Assembly: GCF_030013595.1 (NCBI RefSeq)
Contig: NZ_CP122769.1
DNA from: Escherichia coli
GTDB taxonomy: Bacteria; Pseudomonadota; Gammaproteobacteria; Enterobacterales; Enterobacteriaceae
Strand: one strand, 5' to 3'
DNA length: 64,000 nucleotides
A program made the position numbers and the translations under genes. Positions 1 through 9,600 of this stretch are shown here, in pieces; the stretch's first letter is position 1, and every line of letters starts with the position of its first letter. Under the pieces are notes generated by a model. That model saw nothing but the letters and a program-made list of their open reading frames with translations, was not told the DNA's origin and did no database searches.

Positions 1-1
1 C

Positions 2-448
2 CGGGCGGCAGAGCAGCTGCGCAAGGATGGCTCGTGGACCCGTCAAATCACAGTCTTCATTCAGAGCAGCAATTATGCGCAAGGTGAAAACCGCTACAGC
101 AATTGTGGTATCGAGCCGCTTACCGCTACACAGGACACCCGCGATCTGGTTGATGCAGCCATGACCATCCTGAACCGCATTTACAAACCCGGGATAGCGT
201 ATGCGAAAGCTGGGGTAATGCTCTCCGCTATGACTGACGGCACAGAGCAACTCAGCCTGTTTGATGAGCGCCCGGCCAGGCCTGGCAGTCAGGCACTGAT
301 GAAAGTTATGGACCGGTTCAATAAAGAAAAGCGCGGAGCTCTGTTTTTGCTGGGGGAAGGCATTCAACAGGATTTTCGTATGAAACAGGCCATGCTATCA
401 CCGAGATATACGACCCGCTGGGATGAATTACTCGTTGTAAAAGCGTAG
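2..448 (+). CDS. umuC: Y-family DNA polymerase V subunit UmuC/MucB-like, C-terminal fragment (5' end outside window)
   Basis: Frame open from base 2 to TAG 446-448; tail LSLFDE..ALMKVMDRFNKEKRG..GIQQDFRMKQAMLSPRYTTRWDELLVVKA matches the conserved UmuC C-terminus. Confidence 0.8.
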   Translation, partial: RAAEQLRKDGSWTRQITVFIQSSNYAQGENRYSNCGIEPLTATQDTRDLVDAAMTILNRIYKPGIAYAKAGVMLSAMTDGTEQLSLFDERPARPGSQALMKVMDRFNKEKRGALFLLGEGIQQDFRMKQAMLSPRYTTRWDELLVVKA

Positions 449-484
449 CGGCCATGACCGGCATGGCCGTACTCATCAAAAGTG

Positions 485-495
485 AAAGTAACTTT
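485..495. repeat. Palindromic box AAAGTNACTTT, copy 1 (gAAAGTAACTTTa)
   Basis: Read directly; lies between convergent umuC-like and DsbA-like genes. Confidence 0.8.
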
Positions 496-1303
496 AGGCC
501 CCGCGAGCTTTTTCGATTGCGCCCTGCAAAGTTGCTGCGTCCATAGCCCCGGGGATAAATGTGGTAGTCGCCGCATTCGGCTTTTTCATATTCATAATGA
601 TGAAGCCGGGTGTGCCGGTGATCCCAAGCGCTTCGCCCAGCTGCATGTTGCCGGAGATCACGTTTTCATATCGGTTTTTTTCCCTGTCAGAAAACGTGCT
701 GTTAAACCCTGACTTATCCACCACAGTATTAAAGTCGCTGAGTTCGAATTTGCGTTGAGAGGTCATGAAGGTATGAGCCACAGCCATCAGGTTGTTGTGG
801 TATTTACGATAGGCTTCAGCACCGAAATTCTGATAGACGTGCAGACCCGTAGCGGCCCCCATGGCAGATACAGGTTTTGAACCGGCAAAAATCGGGAATT
901 CTTTAAAGAAGAATTTTACATCTTTGCTCTGATTCATTACCGATTCAACAACAGGTGTAACCCGCATGCAGTAAATACACTGATAGTCGAAGAACTCGAT
1001 TACCGCGACGTCGGCGTCATCCGGGCCGATGTTTGGCGTCTCCTTGGTATCCAGCAGAGCTGGCGCATATGGAATTATTCGTTCCACTGAGGCACTTACG
1101 TTCTGATTTTCCAGCGCCTTACCTGCTTCCACTAAATAATGGGGATTTTTTACCAGGTAAGTAGCGGCAATTTTGCCAATTTCTTCCTCACTGAGCACCT
1201 TCGGTTTAAAATAAGTTGCCGCGATTAACGCCGAGGCAGCGGTAGCAATTACCGCAGAAATTAAAATCGTGGCCATCGGTTTTAAATAAAATTCTTTAGA
1301 CAT
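494..1303 (-). CDS. DsbA-family thiol:disulfide oxidoreductase, N-terminally membrane-anchored
   Basis: 269-aa ORF; N-terminal hydrophobic helix; thioredoxin-type CxxC (FFDYQCIYCMR); C-terminal GITGTPGFII typical of DsbA fold. Confidence 0.75.
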   Translation of the reverse strand: MSKEFYLKPMATILISAVIATAASALIAATYFKPKVLSEEEIGKIAATYLVKNPHYLVEAGKALENQNVSASVERIIPYAPALLDTKETPNIGPDDADVAVIEFFDYQCIYCMRVTPVVESVMNQSKDVKFFFKEFPIFAGSKPVSAMGAATGLHVYQNFGAEAYRKYHNNLMAVAHTFMTSQRKFELSDFNTVVDKSGFNSTFSDREKNRYENVISGNMQLGEALGITGTPGFIIMNMKKPNAATTTFIPGAMDAATLQGAIEKARGA

Positions 1304-1409
1304 AGCTACCTTTATGCTTTTCAGCCTGTTAGTTATTAACCTGCGATGGATTATACTGGCCCGGTAAATCGGAATTATTCGTGAAACAATGCTTTTTGGA
1401 GATTAAAGG

Positions 1410-2021
1410 ATGATTAGGCAGGGCTTTATACTCACAACCGCAATGCTTTTGAGTGGTTGTGGATATCATTTCGCAAACCAGGTAGATGCGTACGATCTAA
1501 TGCCTCGTCCTGTTACAAATAAAAGGTTTCAGATAGTCCCTCCGGACGAAAGTATTCAGTCCAGAATGTTTTCAGGCCGTTTTGCTGATGGATTAGCAAA
1601 AAAAGGAGTCATTATTTCCACTCACCAGCCAGATTATGTGCTCAGGTTCCGAATGAGCAGCTCACAGGAGAACATGCAGTATAGCGAGCAGCTTCTTACT
1701 GGGGTGACAGGCTACGTTGTAGATAAAAAGACAACGAGAACTGACAAGCATGGCGAATCGCATACTGACTATGACTACAGGCCGGTCGATGGGGTAATAG
1801 GCACTGAGACGATGTCGCAGATGCACTATATGCGACAGCTGGATGTCGAGGTATACCCGTCAGCGAAAGGAGCAAAGCAGGTTCTGAAAGTGAGTATGCA
1901 AAGCAATGCACCTGTGCCGTCAGACAGCATTGCTTATTCAGCAATGATCGACGCCTTTACTGATAAATTTGATGCGCCGCTGCGTTCCGGAAATTATGTT
2001 GCAGTGATCCCCTGGAACTGA
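1410..2021 (+). CDS. Lipoprotein of unknown function
   Basis: 203-aa ORF; lipobox AMLLSGC near N-terminus; GGAG upstream of ATG. Confidence 0.6.
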   Translation: MIRQGFILTTAMLLSGCGYHFANQVDAYDLMPRPVTNKRFQIVPPDESIQSRMFSGRFADGLAKKGVIISTHQPDYVLRFRMSSSQENMQYSEQLLTGVTGYVVDKKTTRTDKHGESHTDYDYRPVDGVIGTETMSQMHYMRQLDVEVYPSAKGAKQVLKVSMQSNAPVPSDSIAYSAMIDAFTDKFDAPLRSGNYVAVIPWN

Positions 2022-2048
2022 AAGCAGACGGCGGGAAGAGAATGTTCA

Positions 2049-2059
2049 AAAGTGACTTT
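2049..2059. repeat. Palindromic box, copy 2 (aAAAGTGACTTTt, centre G)
   Basis: Read directly; between convergent stops at 2021 and 2081. Confidence 0.7.
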
Positions 2060-2080
2060 TGGACACGCACATAAACGTGG

Positions 2081-2503
2081 CTATCGCCCTCCCCCATTAA
2101 AATCATAAAGTCGGTAAAGATCGCCCATCGTGATGGAATTGGGCTTATTAATGATTAGATACTGTAACTGTTCTTTATGTTGAGTACTGGCGGCTGCATT
2201 CATAAGCACTTCCAGGTAGAACTTGTAGCCTATGCTTCGCTCTGAATACATATACTGGAACTGCATCAGTAAAATGCCTGACATAACATACAACAGCAGC
2301 AGACTGAGTAACACAGTGCTATCAGGCTGTTCCAGTGCCATACTGACATACCCTGAACCCAGAATGCACAGAAGCCAACCCGTCATTAGAGCAGGCACCC
2401 TACGACTCAGACGTTCATAACAACGTTTTATTACGGGATCCCGGAGATACTTTTTGTCAGGTATCCCCGTTGCCCTGATGACGAAGTTACTGAGTATCGA
2501 CAT
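2081..2503 (-). CDS. Membrane protein of unknown function
   Basis: 140-aa ORF; two to three hydrophobic helices; AAGGAAAAAAG before ATG. Confidence 0.55.
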   Translation of the reverse strand: MSILSNFVIRATGIPDKKYLRDPVIKRCYERLSRRVPALMTGWLLCILGSGYVSMALEQPDSTVLLSLLLLYVMSGILLMQFQYMYSERSIGYKFYLEVLMNAAASTQHKEQLQYLIINKPNSITMGDLYRLYDFNGGGR

Positions 2504-2536
2504 CTTTTTTCCTTCTGGACGCTCTCAGTCAATAAA

Positions 2537-2929
2537 TCAGGCCAGGCGCTCATTGAAAGCTACCACGAGCTGCGAATCGGGATTTTTTACCAGTTCGGGC
2601 CGGATAACTTTTAGTTGCCTCGTTGGGGCGAGCTCATCTGTAGGCCTGATGGTGGTATTACCCGGCCCCTTGCGGGTACTGTCGGTGTTTACCTTGAGCT
2701 TTTTATTTCCCAGGTAGCTTTCCATCTTTTTAGAGATGGTGTCACCTGTGGTCGCAACACCAGAGAGTTCCTTTAGTTGTTCACCTTGATCCATTTGTAC
2801 CGATGACATCAGAAATACGATTCCTGGATCGTTTTCCGTTCCACAGGCTCCGTACTGACATTGTGCAGCGAAAACGGGCTGTACACCTACAGCAACCAGC
2901 ATTAACGTACTCAGTAAAGTAGATTTCAT
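2537..2929 (-). CDS. Secreted protein of unknown function
   Basis: ORF with ATG at 2929 (MKSTLLSTLMLVAVGVQPVFA signal-like peptide); GAGGTG upstream; track ORF starts 2 codons earlier at GTG. Confidence 0.55.
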   Translation of the reverse strand: MKSTLLSTLMLVAVGVQPVFAAQCQYGACGTENDPGIVFLMSSVQMDQGEQLKELSGVATTGDTISKKMESYLGNKKLKVNTDSTRKGPGNTTIRPTDELAPTRQLKVIRPELVKNPDSQLVVAFNERLA

Positions 2930-2949
2930 ACACACCTCTTACAGTCGGA

Positions 2950-2960
2950 AAAGTTACTTT
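2950..2960. repeat. Palindromic box, copy 3 (ggAAAAGTTACTTTTg)
   Basis: Read directly; spans the DsbC-like stop codon and the 18-bp gap to the next gene start. Confidence 0.8.
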
Positions 2961-3703
2961 TGCGCAGCGCCCATTTGGGTCACCAGGTTTTCCGGGCTCA
3001 GCCACCCCGTAAATAACTGCGGTTTGCCGCTTAGTGTCACCATGGTAGGAGTACCTTGCAGCGGGATTGTTGAGGCCACCTGGAAATGCGATTTGATAAT
3101 GTTTAAGCAAGCCTCATCAGGACGTCCTTCCGGGATAGTTGAAACCGGATTCATCGCTGCATCCAGAGCTTCGTTTGGCTTTGCTGAACACCAGATTTTG
3201 GCCATGTTCCCGGCTACTACCGAGTTCAGTCCTGCACGTGGGAATGCAAGAAACTTAATCGAAATACCGGCATCAAGATAAGACTTCAGATCATGATGCA
3301 GTTTTTGGCAGTATCCACAGGTTATATCGGTAAAGATAGCAAGCCGGTATTTTTCGTTTGGTGATTTGTAGTCGATGGATTTTGTTTTGGATGCGAATTC
3401 CCGGACGCCCATTAAAATGGCCTGCTCAGTGGTGTTTACCACATCTTTACCTTTCACGTGGAATAAGCTTCCGGTAAAAATGTAATCTCCGTCTTTGCTC
3501 ACGTAACTTACCCCCTCCCTGGAAATCACCGTAAAAATATCTTTTACTGGCGAGGGTTCGACGTGCTCGATTGAAAGCCCAATGGCTTTGAGCTTATCCC
3601 GGGCTGCATCTGGCAGTACCATTGTATTAACCGGCTCGGCATTCATCGTGAAGGCGGTACTTAATGAAAGAAGTAATACCGATGCCTTAATAATTTTTTT
3701 CAT
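2954..3703 (-). CDS. dsbC: DsbC-like periplasmic disulfide isomerase
   Basis: 249-aa ORF; signal peptide MKKIIKASVLLLSLSTAFT; CGYC active site (FTDITCGYCQKLH); AAGGAG SD. Confidence 0.8.
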   Translation of the reverse strand: MKKIIKASVLLLSLSTAFTMNAEPVNTMVLPDAARDKLKAIGLSIEHVEPSPVKDIFTVISREGVSYVSKDGDYIFTGSLFHVKGKDVVNTTEQAILMGVREFASKTKSIDYKSPNEKYRLAIFTDITCGYCQKLHHDLKSYLDAGISIKFLAFPRAGLNSVVAGNMAKIWCSAKPNEALDAAMNPVSTIPEGRPDEACLNIIKSHFQVASTIPLQGTPTMVTLSGKPQLFTGWLSPENLVTQMGAAQK

Positions 3704-3850
3704 TTATGCTCCTTGAATCGAGCACTAATATTATCACGCCCAAAAATTCCAGAATTTTGCTTAAACGCTTAAATCAACGGGTAAAGCCGAAAGAAAGTCG
3801 ATAGATATATGGGAGAATAGATAAAACGTAGATTCAGTGGAGAAATCGTT

Positions 3851-4390
3851 GTGTTTACACCACCAGCAGATGATGTGAAACCTATTCCCGTTCCTGATGA
3901 GATTTACACTCAGTGCATTACGGATGCCGCCCGCTTCTTCGGAATTGATGCCGAACTGGTTTTTACGTTGTTTGACAATGAAGGCGGTAAGGTTGGTACT
4001 TTCAGCAGGAATACTAACGGCACTTATGATATTGGCCCGATGCAGATCAACTCATCCAATCTGCCTGAAATAAAAAAGCATTTCCCGACTGTAACGTGGC
4101 GGGTTCTGGCTTACGATGCTTGCGCTAGTTTCTGGGTTGGAACATGGTGGCTCTACAGAAAAATTGTTGATCGCAAGGGCAATGTGTTTGAAGGGATTGC
4201 AGATTACAACAGCAAAACCCCAAAGGTACGTGCAAAGTACATATTTAACTTCATGGTAAAGTACAATCGCCGGATCCAGCAGCGTAACGGGATGGGTGAG
4301 CTTTATCAATGGACCCAACAACCTCCTCGATACAATGGCCATATAGCTAAAAATGTCCCGGAGCAAAACCCGACTCCTGTTGTTAAATAA
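3851..4390 (+). CDS. Lytic transglycosylase (SLT domain), T4SS-associated
   Basis: 179-aa ORF (GTG start); LFDNEGGKVGT..NGTYDIGPMQINSSNL is the SLT/IagB-type catalytic Glu and GPMQI motif. Confidence 0.75.
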   Translation: MFTPPADDVKPIPVPDEIYTQCITDAARFFGIDAELVFTLFDNEGGKVGTFSRNTNGTYDIGPMQINSSNLPEIKKHFPTVTWRVLAYDACASFWVGTWWLYRKIVDRKGNVFEGIADYNSKTPKVRAKYIFNFMVKYNRRIQQRNGMGELYQWTQQPPRYNGHIAKNVPEQNPTPVVK

Positions 4391-4472
4391 ATTCAACCTG
4401 ATATTACAGAAGATCATCGAGTAGCTTGGGTACCCCCCCGCAAAAAATTCGCATAGACTCAGGGGTAATAAA

Positions 4473-5039
4473 TTGTCTTTTTCTGCAAGAAATATATTTA
4501 AGATTCTCTCTTCTTTCTTGATGCAGAAAAGCCCTCTTCATGAAGAAGTATGTGTTCCTGAAGAAACAACAGCTGGTTTATGGGGCCCTCTCCCTGATTC
4601 GCATGTCGTGCTTTTCTTAGATTTCGATGGGGTTTGTCACAGGTGCAAAAATGAAACCTTTGAGCGAATGCCATTGGTGGAAAAATTACTGGATAAATGC
4701 CCTTCCATGGTGATTGTCATCTCCAGTTCGTGGCGTGAATGTGCCAGTATAACTTACCTGAAATCTCTTTTCCGGCTACCTTATAGAGACAAAGTCATAG
4801 GTGCTACCGATTCGGTATATTTAAAACCTAATCAGTCAGGTGTGCGGGCTGCTGAGTGTGAGGACTTTGTATTTTCACATCGAGTTAAAGCATTTATCTG
4901 CCTTGATGACGACGAATCATTATTCCCGGTCGGTTATCCACATTTGCAAAAAACCAATTATTACACCGGCCTCACCGAATCTGATCTTGCAGCTCTTAAC
5001 ACCAGGTATCATCTGCTTATGAAACGTTGGGCTTCCTGA
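4473..5039 (+). CDS. HAD-like domain protein of unknown function
   Basis: 188-aa ORF (TTG start; ATG alternative at 4521); VVLFLDFDGVCH resembles the HAD DxDG motif. Confidence 0.5.
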   Translation: MSFSARNIFKILSSFLMQKSPLHEEVCVPEETTAGLWGPLPDSHVVLFLDFDGVCHRCKNETFERMPLVEKLLDKCPSMVIVISSSWRECASITYLKSLFRLPYRDKVIGATDSVYLKPNQSGVRAAECEDFVFSHRVKAFICLDDDESLFPVGYPHLQKTNYYTGLTESDLAALNTRYHLLMKRWAS

Positions 5040-5042
5040 ATT

Positions 5043-5053
5043 AAAGTAACTTT
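5043..5053. repeat. Palindromic box, copy 4 (ttAAAGTAACTTTTac)
   Basis: Read directly; 4 nt after the stop of the 4473..5039 gene. Confidence 0.8.
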
Positions 5054-5146
5054 TACGGAGAGCATGCCCGCATTATCAGTTCTATGCTTCTCCATTTCTG
5101 CCCCGGGTCAAAGCATTGCACAGTTGGAAGAAAACATGCCGGTCTC

Positions 5147-6436
5147 TTAAGCTTGCTGCTCAGTTTGGTTCCGGTGCTGAAAAACCTGCCAACGGTGCTT
5201 TAGGAATTCAGTATTGATGGGTTTACGCAGCGGCTTAATAAACTCTCCTTGATATGCCGCTAAATCATGATCTACCGCCAAAGCTTCAGCGAGAATGTTA
5301 ACCTCCAACGTCACCGGATGAATGGCAATCATGTTTGCGTCGAAAAGATCGTGTATATCATGGCGTAAGAGCAACCCATTTGTATAATGGTCTACTCCTC
5401 CGTTACGATGCTCCATCAGATGAGCAGCCTCAGTGCGCTGGCGCAGTCTAGAGCCTGTAATCACACATTGGTCATAACAGTTGTTGCGGACGGCTTCTGC
5501 AAATGAGGCCTGATCTGGTCGTGTCTCGACAGTTGTCTTACTACCCTTACGCTTACCCGGTACAGTAGTTTCATCAGGAATATTCGGCTGAAGCTCCTTT
5601 TCTTCTATACCATCAGTCTTCATAGCGACCATAATCGCGGCCGGTGGAGATTTAGGCTGATCTTCCTGCGATCTTTCGCGGCCACCAACTGGATACCCTA
5701 GAAAACCCTCAATGATCTCTAGTGGAGGTAATGTAGCGTTTGAACGTGCATAAATAGCGAACTCTGCGGCACGTCCGCCGGGAATATATCTACGTACCAG
5801 TATTGGAAGAGAGGCTTCTTCATCTGGTTCCTCTTTTTCCGACAGGATTATTCGTTCGGTGAGACGGGCTGAATTTTTTTTCATTTCACTCAACAGTCTA
5901 TTGCGTTCTTTTACCTTTCGGTCATTATCCTCCAACATCTTACGATGACTAACCTTAGCCAGATGGTCTTCCAGTTCCTGTATATATTCGGGATCGATAG
6001 TGTCAATTAGACCGAACGCCATCAACCGCTCCCCCCTTGTTTTACAAGATTCTAGCCGAACGCGAATGTACTCCTTACGCTTGGCCATCAAATGTTCTTT
6101 TTGTTTTTTTTCTCGAATTACACGGAGCTGAGTATTGTAATTAGAATAAACGGTTTCGCTATTCTGCTCTGTCTCTAGAGCAAATTTTTGTAGGTGTTCA
6201 CGTAGTTTTTTACGGGTATTTTTGGGGGCATGCATTACGGTACGCTCAATGTATGAGCCTGTGCAGCGTAAAGAAAGTACAGTTTCAGCATGGGAATAAC
6301 CAGCATTGAGACGATAGCGGGCAATTTTAAGCAAATTATTAAAGTGTGCACCATTACATATACCTAGTTCTTCCAAGACACGACGTTCTCTATCATTAAT
6401 AGATGGATGGTTAATATCTTTTACTTTGTTTGCCAT
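5147..6436 (-). CDS. HNH endonuclease-domain protein with long coiled-coil N-terminal part
   Basis: 429-aa ORF; C-terminus CVITGSRL..AAHLMEHRNGGVDHYTNGLLLRHDIHDLFDANMIAIHP fits the HNH (HNH_2-type) pattern. Confidence 0.7.
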   Translation of the reverse strand: MANKVKDINHPSINDRERRVLEELGICNGAHFNNLLKIARYRLNAGYSHAETVLSLRCTGSYIERTVMHAPKNTRKKLREHLQKFALETEQNSETVYSNYNTQLRVIREKKQKEHLMAKRKEYIRVRLESCKTRGERLMAFGLIDTIDPEYIQELEDHLAKVSHRKMLEDNDRKVKERNRLLSEMKKNSARLTERIILSEKEEPDEEASLPILVRRYIPGGRAAEFAIYARSNATLPPLEIIEGFLGYPVGGRERSQEDQPKSPPAAIMVAMKTDGIEEKELQPNIPDETTVPGKRKGSKTTVETRPDQASFAEAVRNNCYDQCVITGSRLRQRTEAAHLMEHRNGGVDHYTNGLLLRHDIHDLFDANMIAIHPVTLEVNILAEALAVDHDLAAYQGEFIKPLRKPINTEFLKHRWQVFQHRNQTEQQA

Positions 6437-6518
6437 GTCCTGTGTCTCAGTGCCTATTCAGCCGGAACATCTACTACATAAAGAACGAGATTGTACAGAA
6501 ATCAGCTAAGTTTATGAA

Positions 6519-6552
6519 TAAAAAAGGCCGCAAATTTATACTTTGCGGCCTT
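6519..6552 (-). terminator. Rho-independent terminator after trhG
   Basis: Minus strand GAAGGCCGCAAAGTATAAATTTGCGGCCTTTTTTATT: GC stem plus T-run, 65 nt after the stop. Confidence 0.75.
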
Positions 6553-6616
6553 CACTGTTTAACACCATATTTTAGTAAATACGTTTAATTTTCATTAGGT
6601 TATATTTGAAACTCAC

Positions 6617-9600
6617 CTACCTTTTATTTTCATTAAGCCACTGATCCGCTTTATCGACACGTGACTGGTAAGGCTCATTTGTGTTGCTCAGCTCTGACTT
6701 CATGTACTGAATGAATTCATCTGCTTTCTGAGGCCCAAAGCGTGGGTCATCCGTCAATTGCTGCCGGATAGCCCTTTCAGAGTTCTGCGCTGCATTCGCA
6801 TAAGTCGAAACGCCGTCGCTGCTAATACTCTGATACCGGTCACTTACAGCTGCGACGCCATCAGACATCTGCATGTGATTAAGGACTTTACCCTGGAGAG
6901 AATCAGGCATATTTGCAGGGTTAGAGGCATCATTTGCTATCGATGTCTGGGTTTGAAGGATGCCCGCTCCCGTAAGCATCTCATTTACCGGTTTCGCCCC
7001 AACGCTGGTTAGCGTATCCGAAACAAATTGCTGGCCCCCGAGTAGCGCACCAGAAATCGCGCCCCGCTCAGTGTTGGCCTCTATCTTTTCCCCAACCAAG
7101 CGATCTGTGACGGTCTGAGTGCGGTTACCAACGAGACCACCGCCCGACCCACCCTCTCCTAGGTTTGCCCGTACGACTGACTCAAGTGAACCATCAGCTC
7201 TGTTATGAGTGTTGAAACTGCTATGGATGCTCTGAACGTCATTCATACTCCAGTTAACGTTATAGTTACCCAGTTCATTAAGGATCTTCTGGGTATCCGC
7301 TTTGAGCTGCTCTCTTTCGGCACCGGTAGCCATGGTGCTGGCACCATAGGTAAAGACAGCTTGCTGTGCCAATTCAGCTCGCTTATCGTCCCGGCTTAAG
7401 TTCGGGTTGTTGGCAACACGACTAAAGTAGTTATCAGTGTTATTAGATAAGCCACGAACTTGACCGCTCTGATACATACTGTTCAAAGCAGTGGCTCGTT
7501 GATCCATTCCATCACCAACCACCCGACCTCCGGTAGCCTTTTCCAGATCGTTAAATGTGCCTTCTGCATTTCTGACATCCTGACCTGAATTGACGACTTT
7601 CTCTACACCCTGATTATTCAGTACAGGGCCATTCGTTTTGAGAGAATTGAGCACATTCCTTTCTTCATCAGAATAAGTGCGGCCCACGTTGTTGTTATGT
7701 ATTCCCTGAATATCGCCTTTGCCCGCGTTATCAAGGTTATACGGAGTAAAGCCAGCTTCACTTTTTCCAGGGACACGCTGAGTCGCGTCCTGAGCGTTGG
7801 AGGAAAGACCGAGTTTAGCCTGCGAATCAACACTTCCACCCAGTTCCCCTACGCGTGACGCACTCATCACGCCAGACGTATTTACGCTGTCAGGAGTTCT
7901 ATCCTGTGCCTGAGTGATAGTATTAATTCCTGACCCTTCGCCTGAAATTCTGTCGAGCTGATTGGTGATAGGTAGCAGCTGCTGTGCATTACCACCGAAG
8001 TCGGAAACCAGACTTTTAAGCAGGCTGGAGGTTTCACGGAGATCCTGTTTATTACTTTCGGCCGTCTCTCCCCGGGCGGTATCAATCGCAATTTTTTGCT
8101 CACTGAAATCTCGTGTTGCAGCCACAAGCGCGTCAGTACGTTGAAGCTGCGAACCAAGCTGATTACTGGCCTTGAAGGTATCGTTATAGGAGTTAAATTT
8201 CTCCATAAACGCATTCTCATCCAGCCCATTCTTACGAGCAAAATTCCTTACATCATCATCACTGAAGTTTTTGTTGCGAATAGAATCGGAGAACCTGTCC
8301 AGGTTAATGCTTTGTTTAGAATCAAGGCTCATTCCACTATTGGAGCTGGCGTTAGTCGATACCGATGTAGAAATGTTTTGCGCCATCGTCTGTGTCGCCT
8401 GGTTCATTTTCGACGATGCTTCTTTAAACGCATTAGTATTGGATATCTGATCGCTGCTTACCTGAGACGCCGCTTTACTGAACTGGTCAGTCAAAGCAGA
8501 ATCCTGGCTAAGCTGATTCGTGATTGCTTTTGAAAGGTCATTTGAAAGCGAGTCACTGCCTGTATTGGTCTTAGATGCGCCGCTACTCAATTGCCCTGCT
8601 ACAGCTGCTTTCAGCCCGGCTCCGTTGCCAGTTCCAGCACCTCCATTAAGCCCAGCGTTTAGAATAACATTTGAAGCAATGCTGGCCATCTGAGACGCAC
8701 TCACCCCATGTTTCGTTGCAATACCTTCTGCTACAGAGGCACCAATCTTATCCGAGATCTGCTTCATTGTTTGCAGGTTGGTTGAGAACTGCTGGCTCGA
8801 CTGTCCTGACCTTCCAATTTCACTCATCTGACTGTAACCAGCCTGGAATGAATTACTTGCCGCACTCATAACTGATGAGGTTACAGCTGATCCTTGCCCC
8901 TGGCTGTTAGCGATACTTGAACCAGCATTCCACATTCCAAGACGGAAATTACTTGAATCAACTGCGCCGCCATCGCTGTATCCCTGACCGGTACTGGTCA
9001 AGGCGGTTCGTGTCACGTCACCAAATGAAGATTTACCGCTGTTAGGGCCATCCCATACTTTGGGCGTTACATGACCAGTATCCACCGGCGCATCGGGGGT
9101 CACTCCCTTAACCGCATTCATCATCGGGTGAATCGACTGTGTCATCAGGAATAATGTGAGTACCGGAATCAGAGCATAAAGCGCGGAAGCAACAGACAGG
9201 TATGAACTGTATGTTTCCGCAAGCCCTGGGAGCCCCATCCACGTGACGGCATTATTCTGGCTGTTGAGGGTGCTCCAGGTATCCAGATCGGCCGTCGCGA
9301 CTTTCTTCACATACGCGTTGACCATTACTGCCGTAAGCGGCCACATATTCACGAAGAGAATAAGTTGCAAATATTTCGCCGCAGCGGCAACACCATTACC
9401 ACCTAACGCCAGCAGCATAAGCAAAGCAAATGGAGCAACCATGTAAGCAAACATCTCAAGGAATGCGATTGCTGCTCCAGACAGTTGTAACCACAACTGG
9501 CCCTGTGAAGCCATTGTGTTGGTTCGCTTCAGAGAAGCCTCAAACAACTGCATATCGGAAGCCAGACCGAGTGGGGTCTTATATTTGCTTGCGCCATTTC

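Noticed and set aside
449-472. Hairpin CGGCCATG-ACCGG-CATGGCCG between convergent genes, considered as a bidirectional terminator
   Set aside because: A good stem, but no U-run on either strand, so it is left uncalled.
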